A stretch of DNA of 35,727 nt from Eubacteriales bacterium (GTDB lineage Bacteria > Bacillota > Clostridia > Oscillospirales > SIG627): the NCBI GenBank assembly GCA_045544655.1, contig JAZPZL010000051.1, forward strand, positions 1-35,727. The letters are read 5' to 3'. Under the pieces are notes generated by a model. The model saw only the letters and a list, made by a program, of their open reading frames with translations, was not told the DNA's origin and ran no database searches. A program made the position numbers and the translations under genes. This document shows positions 8,637 to 17,057 of the stretch, in pieces; position 1 is the stretch's first letter, and every line of letters starts with the position of its first letter.

Positions 8637-9230
8637 ATGCTGAATATCAATTTTATACTTACATACTTGGATGAAGAAGCGGATCAAAAGCTTTTGGAGG
8701 ATATCTTTTACGCCTATTCCAAGCAAATGGTAAGTCTTGCCATGACGTATCTGAAAAATAACGAGGATGCCGAGGACGCGGTGGGAACCGTATTCGAAAG
8801 AATCGCTTCCCGCAATTTTGACGTGGTACGAAGCATCAAAAACGATTGTGATATGCGTAACTATTTGTTGAAGGCGACGAAGAATACTTGTCTGAATATG
8901 CTCGGACAAAAGAAAATGACCGTATCCTTTGAACAAATTTCAGAATACGGCTACGTAGAGAAGGGAATGTGTTCGGACGATTCCTTTTTTGAAACGATCT
9001 GCAACAAAATGGACTATGAAGCGGTTCTGAAGGCAATCGGTTCTTTAAATGAAAAGTACCGCGATGCGCTTTATTATCATTTTGTGATGGAGATGACCGT
9101 TTCCGAGGTAGCCAAGCTTATGTTTCAATCCGTATCTGCAACGAAACAACAGCTTGTCCGCGGAAAGAAGATGCTTTTGGCTTTGTTATTAAAAGCGGGA
9201 GAGGAGAACGATGGCAATCAAAAGAAATGA
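8637..9230 (+). CDS. sigma-70 family (ECF-like) RNA polymerase sigma factor
   Basis: Region 2-like EDAEDAVGTVFERI...YLLKATKNTCLNML and region 4 HTH YRDALYYHFVMEMTVSEVAKLM. ATG at 8637 has a purine-rich SD (gaggaaaaacaagagg). The listed GTG 8580 extension reads as noncoding (FFYCCIF). Confidence 0.8.
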   Translation: MLNINFILTYLDEEADQKLLEDIFYAYSKQMVSLAMTYLKNNEDAEDAVGTVFERIASRNFDVVRSIKNDCDMRNYLLKATKNTCLNMLGQKKMTVSFEQISEYGYVEKGMCSDDSFFETICNKMDYEAVLKAIGSLNEKYRDALYYHFVMEMTVSEVAKLMFQSVSATKQQLVRGKKMLLALLLKAGEENDGNQKK

Positions 9231-9876
9231 GTTCCTTGAAGCCCTGCGCCGGGTGGTATCCGCCGAGTTTGAGCATATCCCGAAAACCGAAGAGGAGATC
9301 GACTACACGTTTTCACAGCGTTTTATGAAGCGGATGCTTCGGCTGTTCCGCAATCGGAAGAAGCTGTATTGGAAATTCGTAAATACCGGGGCAAAGCGTG
9401 TTGCGGTGATCCTTGTTGCCGCGGCGCTCGTCTTTGCTACGGCTTGCAGCTTTAAGCCCATCCGCGAGCCCATTATGCGCTTCATTACCGAGATCTACGA
9501 GACCTTCACCGCTTACTTCTTCGAGGGGGACACGGTAGGCGTCATCGAAAAGGAATACGCCCTGGAGGAGCCGCCCGAGGGATTTGTGGAAGTGGAACGG
9601 ACCGTTGGTGAGAGATTCATAACCACCGTTTACGAAAACAGCTCCGGTGATACCATCACCATAGTACAAATGCCAACGGATGAAATTCAATTGCTTCTTG
9701 ATCGAGAAATGGAATCTTCTGAAACAGAAATTGTAAACGGTACTGAGGTAGTTTTCTATGACTTGGGAACAAGAAAGCAAATGATGTGGATCAAGGATCA
9801 TTATTATTTTGACGTAGTATCAACGGGCGACGTTGATATGGAAATTTTGAAGAAGATCGTTGCTGATCTGAAATAA
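9211..9876 (+). CDS. putative anti-sigma factor, DUF4367-type single-pass membrane protein
   Basis: Overlaps the sigma gene by 20 nt. One TM segment (VAVILVAAALVFATA). Extracytoplasmic domain carries the PEGF...TTVYENSSGDTITIVQ pattern typical of DUF4367. Confidence 0.65.
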   Translation: MAIKRNEFLEALRRVVSAEFEHIPKTEEEIDYTFSQRFMKRMLRLFRNRKKLYWKFVNTGAKRVAVILVAAALVFATACSFKPIREPIMRFITEIYETFTAYFFEGDTVGVIEKEYALEEPPEGFVEVERTVGERFITTVYENSSGDTITIVQMPTDEIQLLLDREMESSETEIVNGTEVVFYDLGTRKQMMWIKDHYYFDVVSTGDVDMEILKKIVADLK

Positions 9877-9884
9877 TGCTCAGG

Positions 9885-9919
9885 GAGCCTTCCCCACGGG
9901 GGAAGGCTCTCGCTTTTTT
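9885..9919. terminator. intrinsic terminator shared by convergent genes
   Basis: GAGCCTTCCCC-acg-GGGGAAGGCTC followed by tcgcTTTTTT. The stop of the minus-strand gene at 9918 abuts it. Confidence 0.7.
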
Positions 9920-10355
9920 AATAGGAATCGGTTCCCTCATAGTCCAGAACGTCTGCGGCGCCACCGGAGCCGTAGATCTTATATTGTACGGTGACCCGAT
10001 AGGTGCCGGAGGAGGAAAGTTGGTAGGAGCGCTCGTAGATGTGTTGATCTTCATAAAAGGTATCCACCCACTCGTCGTTGGTGGTGCCGATGTCCACCCG
10101 GGACCAGAAAATGCCCAGGAAGCGTTTTTCCACGTAGGTGGTGATCACTGCTTTGGTGGTAACGCCGGGAACTCCAACGTATTTGTATGCAACGGTCAGC
10201 TTGCCGCTGCTGCTGATGCCCATCGTCGTTGTAGTGGAAATCGTATTATTCAGGCGAGGCTGAATCTCGGCGGCGTTTGCCACCAGCGCAACGGGGGTGA
10301 TCAGAAAGCAGATCGCCAGGGTGAGAGTGATGAGTTTTTTTGCGAGTTTTTTCAT
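9918..10355 (-). CDS. small secreted beta-rich protein, unknown function
   Basis: Signal peptide MKKLAKKLITLTLAICFLITPVALVANA-AE. SD aaaggagaaag. 145 aa, rich in T/S/Y/V. Confidence 0.6.
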   Translation of the reverse strand: MKKLAKKLITLTLAICFLITPVALVANAAEIQPRLNNTISTTTTMGISSSGKLTVAYKYVGVPGVTTKAVITTYVEKRFLGIFWSRVDIGTTNDEWVDTFYEDQHIYERSYQLSSSGTYRVTVQYKIYGSGGAADVLDYEGTDSY

Positions 10356-10474
10356 TTTTTCTTTCTCCTTTTTTTGAATTTTTTTCGGAAGAATTTTCCT
10401 TCCGCATCATACAACAAAAAAGGGGAGAAAAGGGTTACAATTTTTTTTAATTTTTTGCATTTTTTCCAAAAAAA

Positions 10475-10708
10475 TCAGTCCGTCCCCAAAAAATCGTCAA
10501 GAACCTCCCGAAAATGGATGAGGGAGAGTCCGCCCTCGTTGCAAAGAAATGCGAATTTCTCTGCTTTTGCCCGATCGCAAAACAGATCGGGAAAGGACAG
10601 CGCCTCCTCCCCCTTTTGAGAAACGAGGTCGATGCCGAAGGTGAGGCGGCGTTCGTGAGATTCATCGAAAACGGCGTCTTGACGAACTTGATAAATAAAA
10701 CGTGACAT
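10475..10708 (-). CDS. hypothetical acidic 77-aa protein
   Basis: Starts 4 nt after the upstream XRE stop, so probably translationally coupled. SD gaagga. No motif recognised. Confidence 0.5.
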   Translation of the reverse strand: MSRFIYQVRQDAVFDESHERRLTFGIDLVSQKGEEALSFPDLFCDRAKAEKFAFLCNEGGLSLIHFREVLDDFLGTD

Positions 10709-10712
10709 AGCA

Positions 10713-10907
10713 TTATCCTTCTTCCATGGGCTTTTTCAGAAAGTAGTCAACGGAAACATCCGTCGCATTGGAAATACTTACCAGAGTCTCCAGATTCGGT
10801 CGGTATCTTCCCCGTTCAATATTGCTGATGGTGTCTTTGGAGAGATTCGTTATTTCGCTGAATGCTTCCTGAGAGAGGTGAAGCCTTGTTTTTCGCAAAG
10901 TATACAT
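10713..10907 (-). CDS. XRE-family HTH transcriptional regulator (short form)
   Basis: MYTLRKTRLHLSQEAFSEITNLSKDTISNIERGRYRPNLETL is an HTH. The listed 135-aa form (to 11120) would run through the dpaB terminator at 11046-11079, so the internal ATG at 10907 is preferred. Confidence 0.7.
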   Translation of the reverse strand: MYTLRKTRLHLSQEAFSEITNLSKDTISNIERGRYRPNLETLVSISNATDVSVDYFLKKPMEEG

Positions 10908-11045
10908 ATTTTCCGCAATGTATTTCGTATTATATAGATCTGACACGGTTCCCCCTTGAAAGACATTATACGACCGCAGTTTTGTCAATGCCACGGAAGA
11001 ACTTCCGTATTTTTCCACGTTTTCGTTGAAAGGGATTTTTCTTAC

Positions 11046-11079
11046 ATAAAAAATTCCGCATACGAGTGCGTATGCGGAA
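11046..11079 (-). terminator. intrinsic terminator downstream of dpaB
   Basis: 11-bp perfect stem ttccgcatacg/cgtatgcggaa with loop agtg. On the minus strand it is followed by TTTTTT (A-run 11048-11053 on the + strand). Confidence 0.75.
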
Positions 11080-11209
11080 CGACTTTCACAAAAAAAGACA
11101 GTCTTCTTTCCATTCAACAAATAAAACGGCGGAAGGGGTTACTTGCTTTTTGAATTTTTCCGGGGAAAAGGTTTTTGCCGACGGATGGGGGGAAACGAAG
11201 GCAGGGGAT

Positions 11210-11776
11210 TTATAAAAAGACGGGTTGGAGCTGTTTGCCCTTCAACGCTTCGGAAACGGCATCGGGAACCAGGGAAAAATCGCACACCAGGGAGGAGGGC
11301 TTTTCCCGCGGAGCATCCTGGCGCATGGGGACGAAAAAGGTGTCTTTTCTGTCCGCAAGGAGAGCCAGACTTTTGGCGGAGCCGGAAAGGGCGTCGTTGG
11401 TGGAGAGAGCGACGAGCAGCTTTCCTCCCGTTCTTCGGTGAGATTTTGCCGCCATGGTCACGCAGGTATCGGTGATGCCCAGCGCCATTTTGGACAAGGT
11501 ATTCCCCGTGCAGGGGCAAACGACCAAAAGATCAAGCAGCTTTTTCGGTCCGATGGGCTCAGTGTCGGTAATGCTCGTCAGAGGAGGTCGTCCGCAGATC
11601 GCTTCCAATCGGTGCAAAACCTCTTCTTTTTGAAAAAAGCGGGTGTCGGTGGTTGCTACCCGTTCGGAAACAATGGGGATCAAATGATATTGCTCTCTCA
11701 GGGACTCCATCACGCGGAAGGTCTTTTCCAGGGAACAGAAGGAGCCGGTGAGGGCAAAGCCTAGGGTCGGTTTCAT
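11210..11776 (-). CDS. dpaB: dipicolinate synthase subunit B (flavoprotein family)
   Basis: GFALTGSFCS...IPIVS...VVCPCTGNTLSKMALGITD...LVALSTNDAL is the SpoVFB pattern. Overlaps dpaA by 4 nt. Confidence 0.85.
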   Translation of the reverse strand: MKPTLGFALTGSFCSLEKTFRVMESLREQYHLIPIVSERVATTDTRFFQKEEVLHRLEAICGRPPLTSITDTEPIGPKKLLDLLVVCPCTGNTLSKMALGITDTCVTMAAKSHRRTGGKLLVALSTNDALSGSAKSLALLADRKDTFFVPMRQDAPREKPSSLVCDFSLVPDAVSEALKGKQLQPVFL

Positions 11777-12549
11777 AATATACTCCTTTTTATGGAAAGG
11801 GCGCGGGTCACTTCATCCCAGATGGCATCAGCTTCCGAAGCGGGTGCGTATTTTCCGGGAAGCCCGTGCAGGGGAGTGAAACGGATGCATAAGCTTTCCG
11901 CTTGTCGGGCATCAATCCCCGAATCACCGCTTGCCACCTGAAAGAAGAAGCTTCCCTTCTGCATCGTTGAGAGAAAATCGGAAGAAAAAATGGGATCGGG
12001 TACGGTGTTGACAATTCCGTCAAACATTCCAAGACCCTTGATCGGAGCGGGAAAAATATTGAAGCCGTCTTGCTCCGCGAGGGCTTGTCCACGCTCTCTC
12101 GACCATACCCACACCTCACATCCGCACAGCCATAACAGACGGGCGATGGCTCTGCCGCAGTTGCCGTATCCGTAAACGAGCAGACACAGCTCGTCCAGTC
12201 TTCGGTCGGTTTTGGCAATGATCTCCGCCAGAGCGCCCTCGGCGGTATGCTGTGCGTTTTTTAAAAGGTACCGTTTTTCTTCCAGAAGAAAGGTGATGGA
12301 TAGTTTTTTTTCCTTTGCCAAACGCTTTACCTTTTCAGTGCCTTTTCCCGCGAAGACGAGGCTATGCGCGGGAAGGGTCTTCAAGGCGGCGAGAAGCTCC
12401 TTTTCACCCATGCCAAGGGGAAAGAAAAAGACGCCCTTTTCCTCGGGGGGCGCTTTGTCGTAAGTAAAAACTTCATACCCGGCTGACGCGGCTTTTTCTG
12501 CCAGATGCATAAAGCGGGGATCACGGGTTTTCGGTAGGATGAATTTCAT
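11773..12549 (-). CDS. dpaA: dipicolinate synthase subunit A
   Basis: Rossmann motif VYGYGNCGRAIARLL. Directly upstream of, and overlapping, dpaB. ATG at 12549 is preceded by the strong SD aaaggaggaaacgcg. The listed start at 12588 lacks an SD. Confidence 0.8.
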   Translation of the reverse strand: MKFILPKTRDPRFMHLAEKAASAGYEVFTYDKAPPEEKGVFFFPLGMGEKELLAALKTLPAHSLVFAGKGTEKVKRLAKEKKLSITFLLEEKRYLLKNAQHTAEGALAEIIAKTDRRLDELCLLVYGYGNCGRAIARLLWLCGCEVWVWSRERGQALAEQDGFNIFPAPIKGLGMFDGIVNTVPDPIFSSDFLSTMQKGSFFFQVASGDSGIDARQAESLCIRFTPLHGLPGKYAPASEADAIWDEVTRALSIKRSIL

Positions 12550-12576
12550 CGCGTTTCCTCCTTTGAATCCACACTT

Positions 12577-12603
12577 TATTTTATGCAAAGTATCTATCTT
12601 TGT
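12577..12603 (-). promoter_or_regulatory. candidate sigma-K-type (mother-cell) promoter of dpaAB
   Basis: Minus strand reads AC-16 nt-CATAAAATA, which matches the AC / CATAnnnTA consensus. It ends about 28 nt upstream of the dpaA ATG. Confidence 0.4.
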
Positions 12604-12628
12604 TCGAGGTTTTTAGGAAAATAAACAC

Positions 12629-12657
12629 TTGCTTTTACGGCTTTTTTTCGATATAAT
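12629..12657 (+). promoter_or_regulatory. sigma-A promoter for the ceramidase-like gene cluster
   Basis: TTGCTT (12629-12634), 17-nt spacer, TATAAT (12652-12657). Confidence 0.6.
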
Positions 12658-12701
12658 AAAGTGATCTGAGCAATCTTTTACAAAGGAGTTCAAAAAGTAA
12701 A

Positions 12702-14039
12702 ATGGTAAAAGAAAAAAGCGGCTTTTCCGTTGGCTATGCCCGTCTTGCCATCAATCCCCCCGCAGGCATCGGTCTGGGAGGCTTTGGCAATACCAACAGC
12801 CGTTTGAGTGAAACGGTGCTGGACGATCTTTGCGTGACCTGCGTAGCTTTGAACGACGGAGAACAGACGGTTTTGATGTATACGGTGGACTTCCTTGGGG
12901 TCTCACTGAACAATTACAAGATCATTTCCGCTTGGGTGGAGGAGAATCTTTCCATTCCCGCGGAGAACGTGTTTATTACGGCAACCCACAACCATTCCGC
13001 GCCTCAGGTGCGGGACGGATCCACCTCGGTCATTCCTTATATGCCCGTCTTTTACGAGGGAATGGGGGAGGTGGCACGCCTTGCGGTTGCGGATCTTTCC
13101 GAGGCGGAGCTTTTCATCGGCTCTTCCCGCACGGAGCATCTCAATTACGTGCGTCGCTACCTCCGCGAGGACGGTAGCTTCCATGGAGTGGGATGGTTCA
13201 CCCGAAACAAATCTCCCATTGCCCGCCACGAAAGTGACGCGGACGATCTGATGCAGGTGCTTCGCTTCGTGCGCAAGGGGAAAAAGGACGTGGTGATGGT
13301 CAACTGGCAATGCCACGTAACCACGACCAGCGGCTTGAAGCGTACCGACGTTTCCGCAGACTGGGTAGGTGCATTCCGCGAGGAAGCGGAGAGTGCTTTG
13401 GACGTGCATTTTGCCTATTATCAGGGAGCTTGCGGAAACCTGGTACCCAATTCCTATTTGCCCCGGGAGATCAGCAACAGCGATTATCACAAGCACGGCA
13501 AGGATCTGACGGAGACTTTGAAAAAGGCTTTGGAGGATTTAAAGCCCGTCGAGCCTGCCAAATTCCGTATCGTGCATTACAACCACTACGGTTATTTTCA
13601 GACGGATACCGAGGGGAAGGATCTGGGACAGGCCAGGGAGATCTGCGATGCCTTCGATCGGGGAGATACGGATGCGGTTCGGGATCTGTGCCTGGAATAC
13701 GGCTTCCATTCCAACTACCACGCAAAAGCCATTCTCGGCAGAAGCACGATGCCTAAAGACGCGGGAAAGGACATTCAGATGGCCGCCCTTTCCATGGGAC
13801 AGGTGGGAATCGTTTTCGCTCCTTACGAGATGTACGATACCAACGGAATGCAGATCAAGGCCCGTTCTCCCTTTGAAATGACGCTGATCTGCGGCTATAC
13901 CAACAATGCCTTCGGCTATATCCCATCCAAGCTGGGATTCCAAAACGGGGGATACGAGGTGGATGCCTGTACCTTCGCCGCAGGCACGGGAGAAATTCTG
14001 GTAGAGGAATATCTCAGACTTTTGAATGAGATCAAATAA
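12702..14039 (+). CDS. neutral/alkaline ceramidase N-terminal-domain-like hydrolase, cytoplasmic paralog
   Basis: GYARLAINPPAGIGLGGFGN...LCVTCVALNDGEQTVLMYTVDFLGVS...ITATHNHSAPQ resembles the neutral ceramidase N-domain pattern. No signal peptide. Confidence 0.6.
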   Translation: MVKEKSGFSVGYARLAINPPAGIGLGGFGNTNSRLSETVLDDLCVTCVALNDGEQTVLMYTVDFLGVSLNNYKIISAWVEENLSIPAENVFITATHNHSAPQVRDGSTSVIPYMPVFYEGMGEVARLAVADLSEAELFIGSSRTEHLNYVRRYLREDGSFHGVGWFTRNKSPIARHESDADDLMQVLRFVRKGKKDVVMVNWQCHVTTTSGLKRTDVSADWVGAFREEAESALDVHFAYYQGACGNLVPNSYLPREISNSDYHKHGKDLTETLKKALEDLKPVEPAKFRIVHYNHYGYFQTDTEGKDLGQAREICDAFDRGDTDAVRDLCLEYGFHSNYHAKAILGRSTMPKDAGKDIQMAALSMGQVGIVFAPYEMYDTNGMQIKARSPFEMTLICGYTNNAFGYIPSKLGFQNGGYEVDACTFAAGTGEILVEEYLRLLNEIK

Positions 14040-14042
14040 AAA

Positions 14043-15521
14043 ATGAAACGGATTTTGTTTTTAACATTGGCGTTTCTGATGCTTCTGACCTCATTTTCCT
14101 CCTGCGGCTCCTCTTCGTTGGCGTCCGAGACTACGGGTGAAGACAAGACCGAGGCGGCAGAAACCAAAACGGAAGATACCAAGGAAAAGCGGGATCCTAC
14201 CGGCTTTGCGGCGGGGTTTGCCCGCGTGGAGATCAATCCCACGTCCTCGGTGGGGATGGCAGGCTACGGCAATACGGAGTTTCGCCGTTCCACTGTGATT
14301 GAGGATGATCTGACCGTATCCTGCACTGCCGTTTCCGATGGGGAGAACACTGCGTTGCTCTTCTCCGTGGACGTGATCGGTCTTTCGGCACAAAACTGCA
14401 ATCAAATTTACAAGCAGCTGGAAAAGGCTTTGGGAGTCAGGTCCGAATTCGTGGTGATCAACGCGACCCACTGCCATTCCGGTCCCGACGTTGCAAGCAC
14501 CACCGACGATTCCATTGCCAATTATCTGCGCATTTTTTATCCCGCATTCGTGAAGGCGGCAAAGGATGCCGTGGCGGATCTGGACAAGTGCGTGATGAAG
14601 ATGGGAAGAAGCAAAACCGAGAATCTGAACTACGTGCGCCGTTGCTTTAAGGAGGACGGAAGCCTGGTTGCGGACTGTGTGATCAATCTCAGCAAGTCGC
14701 CCGTCGTTCGGCACGAGACTGACGCGGATAACCAAATGCAGCTTTTGATGTTCGACCGTGAGAACGGCAAGGACATTCTTTTGATGAACTGGCAATGCCA
14801 CGTGACTGCCGCCGGCGGCTTGAAAAAGACCAAGATTACCCCTGATTTTGTGGGGGCTTTGCGGGATAAGGTGGAGAATGAGGCGGGCGTTCACTTTGCA
14901 TACCATCAGGGAGCTGCCGCCAATATCGAGCCAAACAGCTATATTGAGTCCGAGCCGGATCATCGGGACTACAAGGATCACGGCAAGCTGATCGCCGAGG
15001 TTGCCCTTGGAGCGCTTAAAAATATGGAAGCGGTGCCGAGCGGCAAGGTTCGCGCGGTGAAAAAGACCGTAAGCCTTGCCCACGACCTGGACGTATCCAA
15101 ATACGATCTTTCCGAAGCACAGCAGATCGTGGATCTGAAAAACGCTGACGAATTTGATCGGGCGAAGAATCTTTGCATCGAGTACGGGTACAATTCTCCG
15201 TACCACGCAGGAGCCGTCGTAAACAAAAGCCGTCGGACCGAAACCGGCTCTACTATGGATATTTCAGCCCTTGCCATCGGTGAGATCGGCTTTGCCGTGG
15301 CACCTTATGAAATGTTCGATACCAACGGAATGCAGATCAAGGAGAGATCTCCTTATAAGATGACCTTCGTCTGCGCGTATTCCGGCGGAAGATACGGCTA
15401 TATTCCGTCCTCTATTGCCTGGGATGCAGGCGGTTACGAGGTGGATACTTGCAAATACGTCAAGGGTACCGGTGAATTGCTGGCGGATGAATTTACGGGA
15501 CTTTTGAATCAAATCAAATAA
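14043..15521 (+). CDS. ceramidase-like hydrolase, lipoprotein paralog 1
   Basis: Lipobox LLTSFSS-C. Paralogous to 12702..14039 and 15536..17014 (INATHCHSGP, NWQCHVT, GGYEVDTCKY). 492 aa. Confidence 0.6.
   Translation: MKRILFLTLAFLMLLTSFSSCGSSSLASETTGEDKTEAAETKTEDTKEKRDPTGFAAGFARVEINPTSSVGMAGYGNTEFRRSTVIEDDLTVSCTAVSDGENTALLFSVDVIGLSAQNCNQIYKQLEKALGVRSEFVVINATHCHSGPDVASTTDDSIANYLRIFYPAFVKAAKDAVADLDKCVMKMGRSKTENLNYVRRCFKEDGSLVADCVINLSKSPVVRHETDADNQMQLLMFDRENGKDILLMNWQCHVTAAGGLKKTKITPDFVGALRDKVENEAGVHFAYHQGAAANIEPNSYIESEPDHRDYKDHGKLIAEVALGALKNMEAVPSGKVRAVKKTVSLAHDLDVSKYDLSEAQQIVDLKNADEFDRAKNLCIEYGYNSPYHAGAVVNKSRRTETGSTMDISALAIGEIGFAVAPYEMFDTNGMQIKERSPYKMTFVCAYSGGRYGYIPSSIAWDAGGYEVDTCKYVKGTGELLADEFTGLLNQIK
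14078..14175 (+). repeat. near-identical 98-nt tract, copy 1 (signal peptide/linker of lipoprotein paralog 1)
   Basis: Four mismatches in 98 nt against 15571-15668, at a constant offset of 1493 nt. Confidence 0.8.
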
Positions 15522-15535
15522 GAAAGGAAAAAGAT

Positions 15536-17014
15536 ATGAAACGAATTTTATTTTTTGCTCTGGCATGCTTGATGCTCCTGACCTCATTTTCCTCCTGCGG
15601 CTCCTCTTCGTTGGTGTCCGAGACTACGGGGGAAGACAAGACCGAGGCGACAGAAACCAAAACGGAAGCTCCTAAAGAGAAGCGGGATCCTACCGGATTT
15701 TGCGCAGGCTATTCCCGCACGGTGATCAATCCTACGAGCACCGTTGGTATGGGTGGCTACGGCAATACCGAATTCCGCCGTTCTACCGGCGTTGCCAGTG
15801 ATATTACCGCGGCCTGTACTGCCGTTTCCGACGGTGAAAATACCGCGCTGTTTTTCTCCATCGACGTTTTGGGCATTGGTTATAAAAACGTAGATAGCAT
15901 TTACAGACAGGTGGAAAAGGCTCTTGGCATCAAGCCGGAATTCATTACCATTTCCGCCACCCACTCCCATTCCTCTCCCGCAATCAGCGACGTGGAGGAC
16001 GAGTCGGTTGCCAATTATCTGAGAATTTTTTATCCTGCGGTTTTGAAGGTTGCCAAGGAGGCGGTTGCCGATCTTGACAAATGCGAAATGAAGATCGGTC
16101 GCACCACGACCACGGATCTCAGCTACGTGCGCCGTTATTTCCGCGAGGACGGAACCTTCTACGGAACCAACTACGTCTCCGACAGCAAATCTCCCGTTGT
16201 CCGTCACGAGACCGAGGTGGATAACCAAATGCAGCTTTTGATGTTTGACCGCGTGAACGGCAAGGACATTCTGATGATGAACTGGCAGTGCCACGTGACC
16301 ACTGCAGGCGGCAGAAACAATACCATGCTTTCCGCGGACTGGGTGGGTGCTATGCGCGACAAGATCGAGAAGGATGCAGGCGTACTCTTTACCTATCATC
16401 AGGGCGGCGCGGGCAACGTAGTGCCCAACAGCTTTATCAGCACCGAGCCCAGCAATGCCGATTACAACGCACACGGCAGAAAGCTTGCCGACGTTGCTCT
16501 GGCGGCAATTCCTGAAATGGAAAGCGTTTCTACCGGTAAGATCCGTGCAGTTGCCAAGACCGTGACTTGCCCTCACGATCTGGACGTTTCCATGTACGAT
16601 CTGCAGAAGGCGCAGCTCATCGCCGATCCCTACCGCGCAGGAAATTACGACAAGGCAAAGAGTCTTTGTCTGGAATACGGCTTCAACTCTCCTTACCACG
16701 CCAACGCGGTGGTGAATAAGAGCAAGAGGACCGAGGCAAGCTCTACGATGGAGCTTCACGCCGTTGCCATCGGTGAGATCGGCTTTGCCGTAGCGCCCTA
16801 CGAAATGTTTGATACCAACGGACAGCAGATCAAGGCGAAATCTCCCTATACCATGACCTTTGTTTGCGCCTATTCCAACGGCTCCTACGGTTATATTCCC
16901 TCCGAGATTGCCTGGCCCAACGGCGGCTACGAGGTGGATACCTGCAAATACGCCAAGGGAACCGGTGAAATGCTTGCTGACGAGCTGGTTGGTATGCTGA
17001 CGGAAATCAAATAA
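15536..17014 (+). CDS. ceramidase-like hydrolase, lipoprotein paralog 2
   Basis: Same lipobox and the same length (492 aa) as the preceding gene. ISATHSHSSP, NWQCHVT, GGYEVDTCKY. SD aaaggaaaaag. Confidence 0.6.
   Translation: MKRILFFALACLMLLTSFSSCGSSSLVSETTGEDKTEATETKTEAPKEKRDPTGFCAGYSRTVINPTSTVGMGGYGNTEFRRSTGVASDITAACTAVSDGENTALFFSIDVLGIGYKNVDSIYRQVEKALGIKPEFITISATHSHSSPAISDVEDESVANYLRIFYPAVLKVAKEAVADLDKCEMKIGRTTTTDLSYVRRYFREDGTFYGTNYVSDSKSPVVRHETEVDNQMQLLMFDRVNGKDILMMNWQCHVTTAGGRNNTMLSADWVGAMRDKIEKDAGVLFTYHQGGAGNVVPNSFISTEPSNADYNAHGRKLADVALAAIPEMESVSTGKIRAVAKTVTCPHDLDVSMYDLQKAQLIADPYRAGNYDKAKSLCLEYGFNSPYHANAVVNKSKRTEASSTMELHAVAIGEIGFAVAPYEMFDTNGQQIKAKSPYTMTFVCAYSNGSYGYIPSEIAWPNGGYEVDTCKYAKGTGEMLADELVGMLTEIK
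15571..15668 (+). repeat. near-identical 98-nt tract, copy 2 (signal peptide/linker of lipoprotein paralog 2)
   Basis: See 14078-14175. The rest of the two genes is visibly much more diverged at nucleotide level. Confidence 0.8.
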
Positions 17015-17018
17015 AAGA

Positions 17019-17052
17019 AATAATGCTCTACCCATCGGTAGAGCATTATTTA
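17019..17052. terminator. bidirectional intrinsic terminator
   Basis: aataatgctctacc-catc-ggtagagcattatt, a 14-bp stem between convergent genes. Confidence 0.7.
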
Positions 17053-17057
17053 TACCC

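Noticed and set aside
10475-10907. XRE plus 77-aa pair as a type II toxin-antitoxin module
   Set aside because: The downstream protein is strongly acidic and shows no toxin-family motif I recognise. The arrangement alone is insufficient.
10908-11120. Long form (135 aa) of the XRE regulator
   Set aside because: The extension contains the dpaB intrinsic terminator (11046-11079) and reads as noncoding. The HTH domain is complete from ATG 10907.
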